Shown piece after piece: positions 1 through 9,075 of a stretch of 35,910 bases of DNA. The stretch's first letter is position 1. The number at the start of each line of letters is the position of its first letter. A model generated the notes under the pieces. The model was not told where the DNA came from and did no database searches. It saw nothing but the letters and a program-made list of their open reading frames with translations. A program made the position numbers and the translations under genes. Source of the DNA: Promethearchaeota archaeon. GTDB taxonomy: Archaea; Asgardarchaeota; Lokiarchaeia; Sigyniarchaeales; SOKP01. The DNA is taken from assembly GCA_016930515.1 (NCBI GenBank), contig JAFGGO010000186.1, forward strand, positions 1-35,910, written 5' to 3'.

Positions 1-39
1 CTTTTTATTATTTTCAGTTTCAAGTTCCATTGAAGTCAT
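1..39 (-). CDS. Partial CDS (5' end, MTSMELETENNKK...) running off the window; possibly the permease that follows the binding protein
   Basis: ATG at 39 on the minus strand with an open frame to position 1 and a GGTA-like element just upstream. Same orientation as, and directly downstream of, the SBP gene. Product inferred from context only. Confidence 0.4.
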   Translation of the reverse strand, partial: MTSMELETENNKK

Positions 40-83
40 TTATACCATTTATTATATTATACTTATTATTATTAAAAATAAAT

Positions 84-93
84 AAAAAAAAAA
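84..93 (-). terminator. Oligo-T terminator after the binding-protein gene
   Basis: A10 run on + (U10 in the transcript) about 20 nt past the stop codon at 112. Confidence 0.4.
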
Positions 94-111
94 GTAATTG
101 AATTTGTTAAA

Positions 112-2139
112 TTACGCGGCTTTTCTTCTTCTAAGGAAAAGGTATGCTCCTGCTGCAGCAATAACCACGGCAAGCGTCACACCAACACCAATTATGATCC
201 AAAGACCAGTTTCTCCAGCAGGGGGTACTGTAACGCCAGTTGCCCTGAGATTCAAGTATAACCTTGCCTTTATGGCCATTTCGTTCACGATAAAGACGGA
301 AGTCATTTGATTATACATGTTATCTTCGGATAGGAATCCGTTCCAGAATTTGTCGCTATACAAGTACCAATAACCATTATTGTGCGAGGGGATTTCTGGA
401 AATTCTGTTGCCAAGATTTTTTGCATCTCAGAGGCAATAGCTTTTTGCGTGTTTACATCAGTCTCTGTTTCTAAGGCTTCATAAAGCGCTTCGTATGCAG
501 TGCTTTGCCAATTACTGGAGTTCTGGTTCCAGAGGGACGTTCCTCGGAGAGATCCAAGTAATCTGAATGTAGTATCGGTTTGTTTCGGTCCAGCAGTTTG
601 CATTGCCATGAAAAAGTCGTCAGCTTCGATGTCTGGAATATAATCGTTGCCAAAATTGACATCAAGGTGCGTGATGGAAACATCTAACAGTGCAGAAATG
701 TCTTCGGCCCAGTAATCGCACGTGAGTGCCGTATCCGTCCAGCCAGAGGGATTGATGATTGTGAGTTCCAAAGTCGGATCGCCATTAGCCGTTCTTAAGC
801 CAGCTTGACTAATTTCAACACCAGTTGCGTCAATAGTCCATGGATCGGTTATAGATGCTCTTGAGCAATATTGATCCATAATCCATTCAGCATGACTTAG
901 GTTGTAGTCGATACCATACATATCCTGAACGGTTTGGTTGTAGAGTATCTCCTGTGATGGACTTGCGCCGTCAATAAATCCTTGCTTTGCCCTTCTCGTA
1001 TAATTGCTTGCAGCGTGGCTTGGAATTCTATCGTAGTTAATACAATACGCAATTGCTTCTCTAAACCAAATCTCGTTTAACGGATAGATCAAGTGGTTTG
1101 GAGAGATGGTAAGAACCGAGCTCAAGGCAAGGAAATACTCGCCAGCTTCGCCTTGTGAATGATCCTTTCCAAAGAATGTACCTATATTATCGTTTTCGGC
1201 CATTAATTCCCAAACATTTGCGTAATATCCTGAGAAACAATCAATAGTTCCAGATTTTAAAGCCGCATCTTGTGCGTTATTATCCGAGTATTCAATCTTT
1301 CCGACAAACTTGGGTGGTTTTGTTGTGTCATTTTCCGCAAGAGCAGGAAGATCCAAGTAGATTTCGCCCGCACCCCACCAATCGTCTCTGTACATATAAA
1401 CCTCTTGATTTCCCGTGGGATTTACATAGTGAGGAGCATAAGGTCCAGAACAGACCATCCAATCGATAGGAAAGTCCGAATCAAACCAATAGTTCGTAAA
1501 GGTTGATAAATCTCTATCATCCTCTTGTTCAACAATTTGTCTCCACACGTGTTCGGGTACGACGGGAATGTCTTGAGTTATGAATTCCTCCATTCTCGTG
1601 CTATATTCGTATCCAGCAACCATGTGGAACGAAACACGGTAGTCAGAATCTTCCGTTATGTAATCGATTCTTGCATCCATATCGTCTTCCCAGCGTGGTT
1701 GATCCGCAGCAAGTTCGAAACTATATTTAACATCAGAAGAAGTTATATGCACTCCATCGGACCATCGTGCCTTTGGATTAATATCAACAGTGAGCATATC
1801 TCCAGAAGCACTCCAGCTCATATTCGTTCCAATGCATGGGATCATCGTTTTATTTATTTGATCGTATCCAAAGAGCGTTTCATAAATTAGAGCGATACCA
1901 AATGCAGCATTAGCATCCCATGGTTTCAATCCACTCGTTATTGTTTGCCAATATCCCGTGTTCCAAACGATTTCGTGTCTAGCCCAATCAGGTGAGGAAA
2001 CAATCTTAATTGACGGAGAAGCAGAAGTTTGAAGTTGTTTATCAGAAGTATCGGCCACGGCTACCGCAATACTAGGTAGCATTGATGCCAGAAAAATCAG
2101 TACAAATAAAGATCCTATTACTTTTTTGTTTAATCTCAT
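112..2139 (-). CDS. ABC transporter substrate-binding protein, family 5 (oligosaccharide/cellobiose-binding type), C-terminally membrane anchored
   Basis: Signal peptide. Family-5 motifs LIYETLFGYD, ARWSDGVHITSSDVKYSF, VCSGPY, FREAIAYCIN. PSGWTD and Trp/Asn-rich segments recall Thermotoga-type cellobiose-binding proteins. C-terminal TM plus RRRK. Adjacent to a GH94 gene. Confidence 0.85.
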   Translation of the reverse strand: MRLNKKVIGSLFVLIFLASMLPSIAVAVADTSDKQLQTSASPSIKIVSSPDWARHEIVWNTGYWQTITSGLKPWDANAAFGIALIYETLFGYDQINKTMIPCIGTNMSWSASGDMLTVDINPKARWSDGVHITSSDVKYSFELAADQPRWEDDMDARIDYITEDSDYRVSFHMVAGYEYSTRMEEFITQDIPVVPEHVWRQIVEQEDDRDLSTFTNYWFDSDFPIDWMVCSGPYAPHYVNPTGNQEVYMYRDDWWGAGEIYLDLPALAENDTTKPPKFVGKIEYSDNNAQDAALKSGTIDCFSGYYANVWELMAENDNIGTFFGKDHSQGEAGEYFLALSSVLTISPNHLIYPLNEIWFREAIAYCINYDRIPSHAASNYTRRAKQGFIDGASPSQEILYNQTVQDMYGIDYNLSHAEWIMDQYCSRASITDPWTIDATGVEISQAGLRTANGDPTLELTIINPSGWTDTALTCDYWAEDISALLDVSITHLDVNFGNDYIPDIEADDFFMAMQTAGPKQTDTTFRLLGSLRGTSLWNQNSSNWQSTAYEALYEALETETDVNTQKAIASEMQKILATEFPEIPSHNNGYWYLYSDKFWNGFLSEDNMYNQMTSVFIVNEMAIKARLYLNLRATGVTVPPAGETGLWIIIGVGVTLAVVIAAAGAYLFLRRRKAA

Positions 2140-2165
2140 TTTTATTCCATTTTAAAAGTTTGTTG

Positions 2166-2187
2166 ATGTACTACAAATTTAGTACAT
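2166..2187. promoter_or_regulatory. Palindromic operator ATGTACTA-N6-TAGTACAT
   Basis: Perfect 8-bp inverted repeat between the minus-strand TATA box (TTTATATA, about 2212-2219) and the SBP start, i.e. at or just after the expected transcription start. Confidence 0.7.
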
Positions 2188-2320
2188 TATGTCTAATATT
2201 TTCTTTATTTATATATAAAGTTTTCTTTTTTCTCTATATATAATATAATGAGTTATGTTGATATACAAAATCGTAAGTATTAGGGGGCTGATAGTAGTAA
2301 ATTATATTAATATAAAATTA

Positions 2321-2336
2321 TACTATTATCGTAGTC
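2321..2336. promoter_or_regulatory. Operator copy TACTA-N6-TAGTC (autoregulatory site)
   Basis: TACTA TTATCG TAGTC immediately downstream of an AT-rich TATA-like stretch and upstream of the regulator gene. Confidence 0.6.
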
Positions 2337-2378
2337 ATTTAAAAAGTCGAAGAAAATATTATAAATTCTTGAAAAGCA

Positions 2379-3788
2379 ATGTCTAATAATAAATCGACGC
2401 CGAAAGCCGACGATGTTTCGGATTTAATCTTGAATTCAACTGAAGATATATCCAACTTGTTGAAAGCTACGGGAAGTCCAAATAGATTAAAAATATTGGG
2501 GTATCTCCTCAAGGAGTCCCGGAATTTTGCATTCATGTTAAGTCGATTGAAAATTAAGCGAACAACGCTAAATCACCATCTTGACCTGCTCATAGAAACG
2601 AACTTGATTGAAAAAGAAGAATGGGGAAGGTATAAAATTTCCGATTTTGGAACTAAATTTTTAGAAATACTTGCGGAATCTTTTAAACAAATTGACTCTG
2701 AGGAGCAGAAGGCCCATCGAGACTTAATAAAGGAATACAATCAATGGCCCTCGTTTTACCGTGAACCAAGAATGGTAACGGAAAACACTATCACATCAAA
2801 GGCTTTATATCAAGGAGGTTGGAATTCTTATATATCCAGCATATCGGGCGCGTTGATCTCATTAAATGTACCATACGATTATATCTATATAAGCGGAATG
2901 ACTGGTTATTGCTTTATTGTTAACACGACAGGAATGATCAAAACATCCTCAATAAAAGAAATCATACCAAAAAGCGCTTGGGAAGAAATAAGAAAGGGAA
3001 CGGAAAGTTTTGGCTGGAAATTACATTATTGGGAGCAAAAAAGAAAGTATCCTGGAAAATGGAACTTGACTGAGGAAGATTTCAAAACATCTCTCGATGT
3101 GTTCAATAATATCGTAAAAATTATTGACGATTACGACACCCCCGTCATGCTTTTTGGAATACACCATACGGGTTTTGGGATAGTAAACGGATATCGCAAT
3201 GATAGTTATTTAGTTAGTTCTTTCTTGCGAATGGAAGGTCGAGAGGAGATCCCCGTTCATTTCGATCAATTAAAACTATTAGATAAATTCTCCTATTTTT
3301 ATTTTAAAAACCACATTGAGAGAAACGACATAGATTTTGAGGAAAGACAATCGATCAATCGAGCAATTAAATTTTCAGAAGGAAGCAATTATTCTCACGA
3401 GGGATATTTTTTTGGGTCTGAGGCATATGAAGACTGGATTGATTCCCTTAAAAATAACGATCCCGAGATAATCGATATATACGGAAATAGCGTCTTAGGA
3501 CAGTATTATTACGATGGGAAATCTGTTGCCGCAGAATACATTGATCGATTAGCGAGAAAATATAAAGGCAAACCTCAAGGAATACACTTAAAGAACGCCT
3601 TTCAAGAATATAGGGACGCCAAAAGGCATTTAGAAAAATTTACTTTCTTATTCCCCTACTTTGAACCAGAAAAAAGCATTTTATCTGTTGAAAATAGAAA
3701 AAAAGGAATTGATATCCTTTCTGATGTCAAAAATTCTGAGATAAGGGCACTTGATTTCTTAGAAAGAGCCTATAACAGTTGGCAATAA
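2379..3788 (+). CDS. ArsR-type winged-helix regulator fused to a ~330-aa C-terminal domain (BtrH-N/papain-like fold suspected)
   Basis: N-terminal LLKATGSPNRLKIL...TTLNHHLDLLIETNLIEK...GRYKIS is an ArsR wHTH. The C-terminal YIYISGMTGYCF ... PVMLFGIH...FGIVNGYRNDSYLVS pattern resembles BtrH-N/C39-like domains, but no catalytic Cys is evident. Confidence 0.7.
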   Translation: MSNNKSTPKADDVSDLILNSTEDISNLLKATGSPNRLKILGYLLKESRNFAFMLSRLKIKRTTLNHHLDLLIETNLIEKEEWGRYKISDFGTKFLEILAESFKQIDSEEQKAHRDLIKEYNQWPSFYREPRMVTENTITSKALYQGGWNSYISSISGALISLNVPYDYIYISGMTGYCFIVNTTGMIKTSSIKEIIPKSAWEEIRKGTESFGWKLHYWEQKRKYPGKWNLTEEDFKTSLDVFNNIVKIIDDYDTPVMLFGIHHTGFGIVNGYRNDSYLVSSFLRMEGREEIPVHFDQLKLLDKFSYFYFKNHIERNDIDFEERQSINRAIKFSEGSNYSHEGYFFGSEAYEDWIDSLKNNDPEIIDIYGNSVLGQYYYDGKSVAAEYIDRLARKYKGKPQGIHLKNAFQEYRDAKRHLEKFTFLFPYFEPEKSILSVENRKKGIDILSDVKNSEIRALDFLERAYNSWQ

Positions 3789-3915
3789 TAAATTTAACAA
3801 AAGTAGTTATCTATATTCAATATTTAATGTATCCCCATACATAATATTTTAGAAAATATGGATAACACCTATCAATTCAACCTTTAGATACATTTTTAAA
3901 TCATTAAGTTTAATA

Positions 3916-3954
3916 ATACTAAAAATATAGTATAATTATACTAAAGTTTTAGGC
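3916..3954. promoter_or_regulatory. Two tandem operator copies: ATACTA-N6-TAGTAT (3916-3933) and TACTA-N6-TAGgc (3939-3954)
   Basis: Same core and 6-bp spacer as the sites at 2166 and 2321. They lie between TTTTTAAA (3893-3900) and the GH94 ATG. Confidence 0.7.
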
Positions 3955-3964
3955 AAGTTTTAGA

Positions 3965-6469
3965 ATGCAATTTGGATACTTTGACGACGATAAGAAGGAA
4001 TATGTGATAACAAGACCCGACACGCCTCTTCCGTGGATAAATTATCTAGGGTGCCAGAATTATTACGGCATAATCTCCAACACCGGGGGAGGATATTCCT
4101 TTTACAAGGACGCAAGGTTCCGAAGAATCACGAGATATCGATATAATAATGTTCCTAAGGACTTCGGAGGTCGCTACATCTATGTACGCGATAACAACAA
4201 TTCCGAATTTTGGTCACCCATGTGGCAACCAACTCGCAAGACTTTAGATCAATACAAATGCAGGCACGGTCTTAATTATTCAATCATTAGTTCCCAATAC
4301 AAAAATATTGAAATCAAAATCAAATATTTTGTTCCCTTAGGGGATGATCTCGAAATTTGGCAAGTAAAAATAAAAAATTTGAGAACTAAAAAATTTGAGT
4401 GTTCCTTATTTTCCTGTGTTGAATTTTGCTTGTGGGACGCCTACGACGATGCCATAAACTTTCAAAGGAATTTCAACACTTGCGAAATGGAAGTATCTAA
4501 CAACACAATCTACCATAAAACTGAATATAGAGAAAGAAGAAATCATTTTGCATTTTTTTCCTGTTCTGCACCAATCTCTGGTTTCGACACCAACCGGGAT
4601 TCGTTTTTAGGCCACTATAGGAGCTGGCAAGCTCCTATAGTGGTTGAAAATGGAAAATCATGCAATTCAATAGCTCACGGATGGTCTCCAATTGGTTCAC
4701 ATCATATAGAACTATCGTTAGATCCAAACGAAACAAAAGTGGTGATTTTTCTTCTTGGATATCACGAAAATAAACCCACTGAGAAATTTGAATCCCCTAA
4801 TTCTCAAGTGATTAATAAAAAATCGGTTCAAAAGGTAATTTCAAAATATCTAGACCCGATAAAAATAAAAACTGCATTTAAAGAACTTAAATCCTATTGG
4901 GCAACCTTACTTGAAACATTTACATTGGACTGTCCAAGCATTCACACAAATAGGATGGTAAATATTTGGAATCCATATCAATGCATGATAACATATAATT
5001 TGTCAAGATCGGCCTCGTTCTTTGAATCTGGAGTCTCAAGAGGTTTTGGGTTTCGAGATTCAAATCAAGATATATTGGGATTCGTACATTTAGATCCTCA
5101 AAGAACCAGGGCGAGAATTATAGATCTTGCTTCTACCCAACTCGAAAATGGTGGTGCGTATCATCAATACCAACCACTCACCAAGCGAGGCAATCACGAC
5201 ATTGGAAGCAATTTTAACGACGATCCACTTTGGTTAATTCTAAGCGTAGCCGCATACATTAAGGAGACGGGAGACTTGACCATTTTAAATGAACAAGTAC
5301 CATTTGAGAACAAACAAGGATCGGAAACTTCTCTTTTTGAACATTTAAAAAAAAGCGTGAAATATATCGACGAAAGGGTAGGTCCTCATGGATTGCCTCT
5401 CATTGGAAGAGCAGATTGGAACGATTGTCTCAATTTAAATTCTTACTCAACTGATCCCAACGAATCGTTCCAAACTGGAAAAACACTTTATGGTAACAAA
5501 GCAGAATCCGTTTTTATTGCTGCTTTATACATGATTGCAGCTCGAGAATTGAGTCAAATTTGTTCCTATATGGGATTGCACGAGCAAGTCAAGAACTATT
5601 GCGATAAAGCAGATAAGATGAATGGCGTTATCATGGATCACGGTTGGGATGGAGAATGGTTTCTTCGAGCTTACGACAACGAGGGAAAGAAAATTGGTTC
5701 TCAAAAATGCGAGGAAGGAAGAATATACATAGAGCCTCAAGGATTTTGCATCATGGCAGGTGTAGGTGTTGAAAACGGGCGCGCTATAAAAGCCTTAGAA
5801 GCAGTAAAAAAGAAATTGGCTTCAAAACACGGAATTATGCTACTTGATCCACCATATTCGCGCTATTATTTAAATTTAGGAGAAATATCATCATATCCTC
5901 CAGGATATAAGGAAAACGGTAGCATTTTTTGTCATACAAATCCTTGGATCATGATCGCTGAATCCATATTAGGAAATGGAGGTCGCGCTTTTGATTATTA
6001 TCTGCGAATAAATCCTTCTTATAGAGAAAATATAAGCGAAATACACCGATGTGAACCTTATATTTACGCGCAAACGATCGCAGGAGAAAGCGCAGCTACA
6101 TTTGGGGAGGCTAAAAATTCCTGGTTAACGGGAACTGCTGCTTGGAATTATGTGGCAATCGTGAATTGGATTCTTGGAATCCGTCCAACAAACAATGGCT
6201 TAAAGATTTATCCCGTTATTCCAAACGAGTGGAAGGGTTTCAAAGCTACTCGAATATTCCGGGGAGTGAAATATAACATTATTGTTGAACGAATTACACG
6301 AGGAAACCAAACAGAAATTTGCGTGAACGATTGTCCAATTGAAGGCAATATTATCCCTCTTCCAGAGAAGGGTGTTCAAGAAGTTCAAGTTATCGTAAAG
6401 CTATCAGAAAATTATAGTAACCAAGATTCAGTAAATTCCAAGAACGATTTAAAGCAATTTTCATTTTAA
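3965..6469 (+). CDS. cbpA: Cellobiose phosphorylase (GH94)
   Basis: MQFGYFDDDKKEYVITRPDTPLPWINYLG, GFRDSNQD, FNDDPLWLI, RADWNDCLNL (catalytic Asp, residue 487), YPPGYKENGSIFCH, EPYIYAQ, GEAKNSWLTGTAAW. Confidence 0.92.
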   Translation: MQFGYFDDDKKEYVITRPDTPLPWINYLGCQNYYGIISNTGGGYSFYKDARFRRITRYRYNNVPKDFGGRYIYVRDNNNSEFWSPMWQPTRKTLDQYKCRHGLNYSIISSQYKNIEIKIKYFVPLGDDLEIWQVKIKNLRTKKFECSLFSCVEFCLWDAYDDAINFQRNFNTCEMEVSNNTIYHKTEYRERRNHFAFFSCSAPISGFDTNRDSFLGHYRSWQAPIVVENGKSCNSIAHGWSPIGSHHIELSLDPNETKVVIFLLGYHENKPTEKFESPNSQVINKKSVQKVISKYLDPIKIKTAFKELKSYWATLLETFTLDCPSIHTNRMVNIWNPYQCMITYNLSRSASFFESGVSRGFGFRDSNQDILGFVHLDPQRTRARIIDLASTQLENGGAYHQYQPLTKRGNHDIGSNFNDDPLWLILSVAAYIKETGDLTILNEQVPFENKQGSETSLFEHLKKSVKYIDERVGPHGLPLIGRADWNDCLNLNSYSTDPNESFQTGKTLYGNKAESVFIAALYMIAARELSQICSYMGLHEQVKNYCDKADKMNGVIMDHGWDGEWFLRAYDNEGKKIGSQKCEEGRIYIEPQGFCIMAGVGVENGRAIKALEAVKKKLASKHGIMLLDPPYSRYYLNLGEISSYPPGYKENGSIFCHTNPWIMIAESILGNGGRAFDYYLRINPSYRENISEIHRCEPYIYAQTIAGESAATFGEAKNSWLTGTAAWNYVAIVNWILGIRPTNNGLKIYPVIPNEWKGFKATRIFRGVKYNIIVERITRGNQTEICVNDCPIEGNIIPLPEKGVQEVQVIVKLSENYSNQDSVNSKNDLKQFSF

Positions 6470-6616
6470 GATAATATTTAACCCATTATTCTTTTCAACC
6501 CTCACAGAGTCTAGTTTTATTTATCAGACAATATAGAAATGTTGATAAAAAAGCAATCCTTTGTGATTATTAAAACATTTTTTATCACGAAAATACATTA
6601 TTAAGGGTAGTAAAAA

Positions 6617-8593
6617 GTGAGCGAATCTTACGAAGTAGATGAGAATCAGACGAGATTTTTAAAAGATTTGGAAACATTATTTGGGAAGAGGATTCCCGTT
6701 AAAGACAAGATCTATTCCATCACTTTCGGCGTTCGAATTAAGGACGGAAATATAGTAGGATTGGGGTTGTATCGCACGGGTTTGAAGAGTCTTCCCGAAT
6801 CAATTTGTAGTTTGGAATATTTGGAAGAATTAGCTCTTGCTTATAATAAGCTAGAGGAATTACCAGAATGCATAGGAAATCTCAAAAATCTTGACGCCCT
6901 TGATCTGAACAAGAACAACCTATCCAAATTACCAGAATCGTTTGGACAGCTAATTAAATTAGACGAGTTGAAAATAGGAGACAACAATCTTGTTTCCCTT
7001 CCCGAATCGTTTGGAAATCTACATAATTTAAGGGAGTTGAATATAAGCGGAAATAAGTTAAATTCTCTTCCAAGTAGTTTTGGTTACCTTAAACGCCTGG
7101 AAAAGCTAAATCTAAGCGGAAATCCCCTCAAGAGCCTCCCCGAATCTCTTGGGAACCTTACTTCTTTAACAAAACTCAATATATCTGGACACCAACTAAA
7201 ACAAATTCCCGAGTCTCTTGTAAATCTAGTTTCTCTTGTGAAGCTAAATATGGACGGAAATACTAGCAAAATTGGTGGTTTAAAAAACCTTCCCGATTCA
7301 TTTGGAAACTTGAAAAGCACTCAAGAATTAAGCTTGCGACTGAATAATTTAACCCGATTACCCGAATCTTTCGGCAATCTCACTAATTTGCAGTCGCTTG
7401 ACCTCGAGGACAATTACATCGGAGCGCTTCCAGATTCGTTTGGAAATTTAAATTCACTTCAACAATTGAACTTGAATTACAACAGGTTATCGACCCTTCC
7501 TGAATCGTTTGGAACGCTTGAATCGCTCCAAGTTCTAAAAATAGACAAAAACACATTAATTTCCCTTCCGGAATCTTTTGGGAATTTATCGACTTTAATT
7601 TCTTTATCGTTAGGAGGAAACCAAATCACAACCCTACCCGAATCGTTTGGAAATTTAAACTCTCTCGAAGACGCTGATCTAAGTTGGAATTGGTTAGAGT
7701 ACCTCCCTGAATCGTTTGGAACCTTAAGAACCCTTAAAAGACTTAATCTGAGAACGAATCACTTGCTAGCTCTCCCAGATGCATTTCGAAACCTTGAAAC
7801 ATTAATAGAACTAGACTTGAGACACAACAAGTTCAACTCAATTCCCGAATCTTTATGGACATTGAATAATCTAAAAGAACTCGAACTTTACGGGAATCCT
7901 TGGATCGGGGAATCAAAAGAGATGGCTTCGAACTCCATGAGCGCAATTTTAGATTTTTGCCGTCAAAGAGCCTCAATTAACGCGTTTATTAGTCACGCAA
8001 TGGCAGACTTCGAAAGATTTCGGATAAAAGATATTTCAGATTATTTAGAAAAACAGGACGAGGTCTATCAAGCTTTTTATTGCGAGGCGGACTTAAAGGG
8101 CAACATCGACGCTTTCATGGAAGAGACAATCCCTAAATGCAAATTATTGTTATTTTTTGCGTCAAGAAAATCTTTATACGATTCCGAGGATTGCTCCCAC
8201 GAATTAGTTCTTGCTCGAAGCCACGACATCCAAATTGTTCCTATTAAGGGAAAAGATGTTGAATGGGAAGAACTATCGTCTGTTGGATTGAAAAGAGAGC
8301 TCGGATTTGAGTTTGACGAATTAAATTTCAACGAATTTTGCGTTCGATTATACGATTACATCAAGAAATTCAAGCGAGAAATCAATTTATTTGACAAGGA
8401 ACAAGCCGAATTGGACAGGCACGGGTTGAATATCAAGAACACCGTCTTGACCTTATTAGAATCGCAAGAGTTTAAAATTAGCGTCAAGAATAACCTCGAG
8501 CGATACAAAGAATTATTTAACCAACTGAATAGAAACGAGATCTCTCAATCGGAGTACTTTCGTAAGTTAGCAGGGATATTTTCAAATAAATAA
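6617..8593 (+). CDS. Leucine-rich repeat protein with C-terminal TIR domain
   Basis: GTG start. About 17 LRRs of 23 aa (LPESFGNLxxLxxLxLxxNxL) capped by GNPW, then AFISHA...LLLFFASRKSLYDSEDCSHEL...IQIVPI (TIR betaA, betaC, alphaC, betaD). No signal peptide, TM or P-loop. Confidence 0.88.
   Translation: MSESYEVDENQTRFLKDLETLFGKRIPVKDKIYSITFGVRIKDGNIVGLGLYRTGLKSLPESICSLEYLEELALAYNKLEELPECIGNLKNLDALDLNKNNLSKLPESFGQLIKLDELKIGDNNLVSLPESFGNLHNLRELNISGNKLNSLPSSFGYLKRLEKLNLSGNPLKSLPESLGNLTSLTKLNISGHQLKQIPESLVNLVSLVKLNMDGNTSKIGGLKNLPDSFGNLKSTQELSLRLNNLTRLPESFGNLTNLQSLDLEDNYIGALPDSFGNLNSLQQLNLNYNRLSTLPESFGTLESLQVLKIDKNTLISLPESFGNLSTLISLSLGGNQITTLPESFGNLNSLEDADLSWNWLEYLPESFGTLRTLKRLNLRTNHLLALPDAFRNLETLIELDLRHNKFNSIPESLWTLNNLKELELYGNPWIGESKEMASNSMSAILDFCRQRASINAFISHAMADFERFRIKDISDYLEKQDEVYQAFYCEADLKGNIDAFMEETIPKCKLLLFFASRKSLYDSEDCSHELVLARSHDIQIVPIKGKDVEWEELSSVGLKRELGFEFDELNFNEFCVRLYDYIKKFKREINLFDKEQAELDRHGLNIKNTVLTLLESQEFKISVKNNLERYKELFNQLNRNEISQSEYFRKLAGIFSNK
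6782..7903 (+). repeat. 69-bp period coding tandem repeat (LRR array)
   Basis: Recurrent CC(C/T/A)GAATCGTTTGGAA-type units. 16 (L/I)Pxx boxes, with one unit lengthened by about 5 aa (DGNTSKIGGL). Confidence 0.85.
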
Positions 8594-8793
8594 CAATGGT
8601 TCCCTATATTAATGAAGTTAAAAAACTTATAGAAGACACTAAAATACCAGAAATGCAATCTCAAAGAAAAAATAATCCTTATTCGTATTTATTTTCTTAT
8701 TGGTAATACCCGCTTCTCTTTTCGGGCAATTTGCTTCCTTTTGCGGATCGAACGATTTCTATAACATCTAAAACAATTGAAGATTAATGCACT

Positions 8794-8893
8794 GGGGGTT
8801 AATTTTATACCACCCGGCGCCAACCAGCGGACCTGTCTTGTATATCACTTGCATGATTATTACAAGAACGCTTCCTAATTTAAATTAACCCCC
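8794..8893. repeat. 100-bp element bounded by a perfect 12-bp inverted repeat (GGGGGTTAATTT ... AAATTAACCCCC) with an internal hairpin; structured RNA or MITE-like
   Basis: IR arms at 8794-8805 and 8882-8893. Inner stem TCTTGTA (8837-8843)/TACAAGA (8861-8867). No target-site duplication found. Confidence 0.5.
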
Positions 8894-9075
8894 GCCTTAA
8901 CCTCTTTCTCGAGACCTGAAGATTATTGGTCTTGTATAGCCGATTAATCAAAAAAAAGGTAGAAACGCCGATTAGGAGGTTTCTAAAGGCAAAATAAGCC
9001 AATTACATGGATAATATTAAAAAAAATTTAAAGAAATAAATGGAACTAAACATCTTTTATAAAAAATTTATGAAT

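Noticed and set aside
6782-7903. Diversity-generating retroelement target or Roco protein
   Set aside because: No reverse transcriptase or template/variable repeat pair, and no GTPase motifs after the LRRs.
8596-8706. 36-aa ORF starting 3 nt after the LRR-TIR stop
   Set aside because: No motif or SD, and the length is compatible with chance.
8705-9000. RNase P RNA, SRP RNA, tRNA or group II intron remnant
   Set aside because: Only partial look-alikes on the minus strand (AGAAGCGGGTA, GGAAGCA). The required partner motifs and cloverleaf/domain V are absent.
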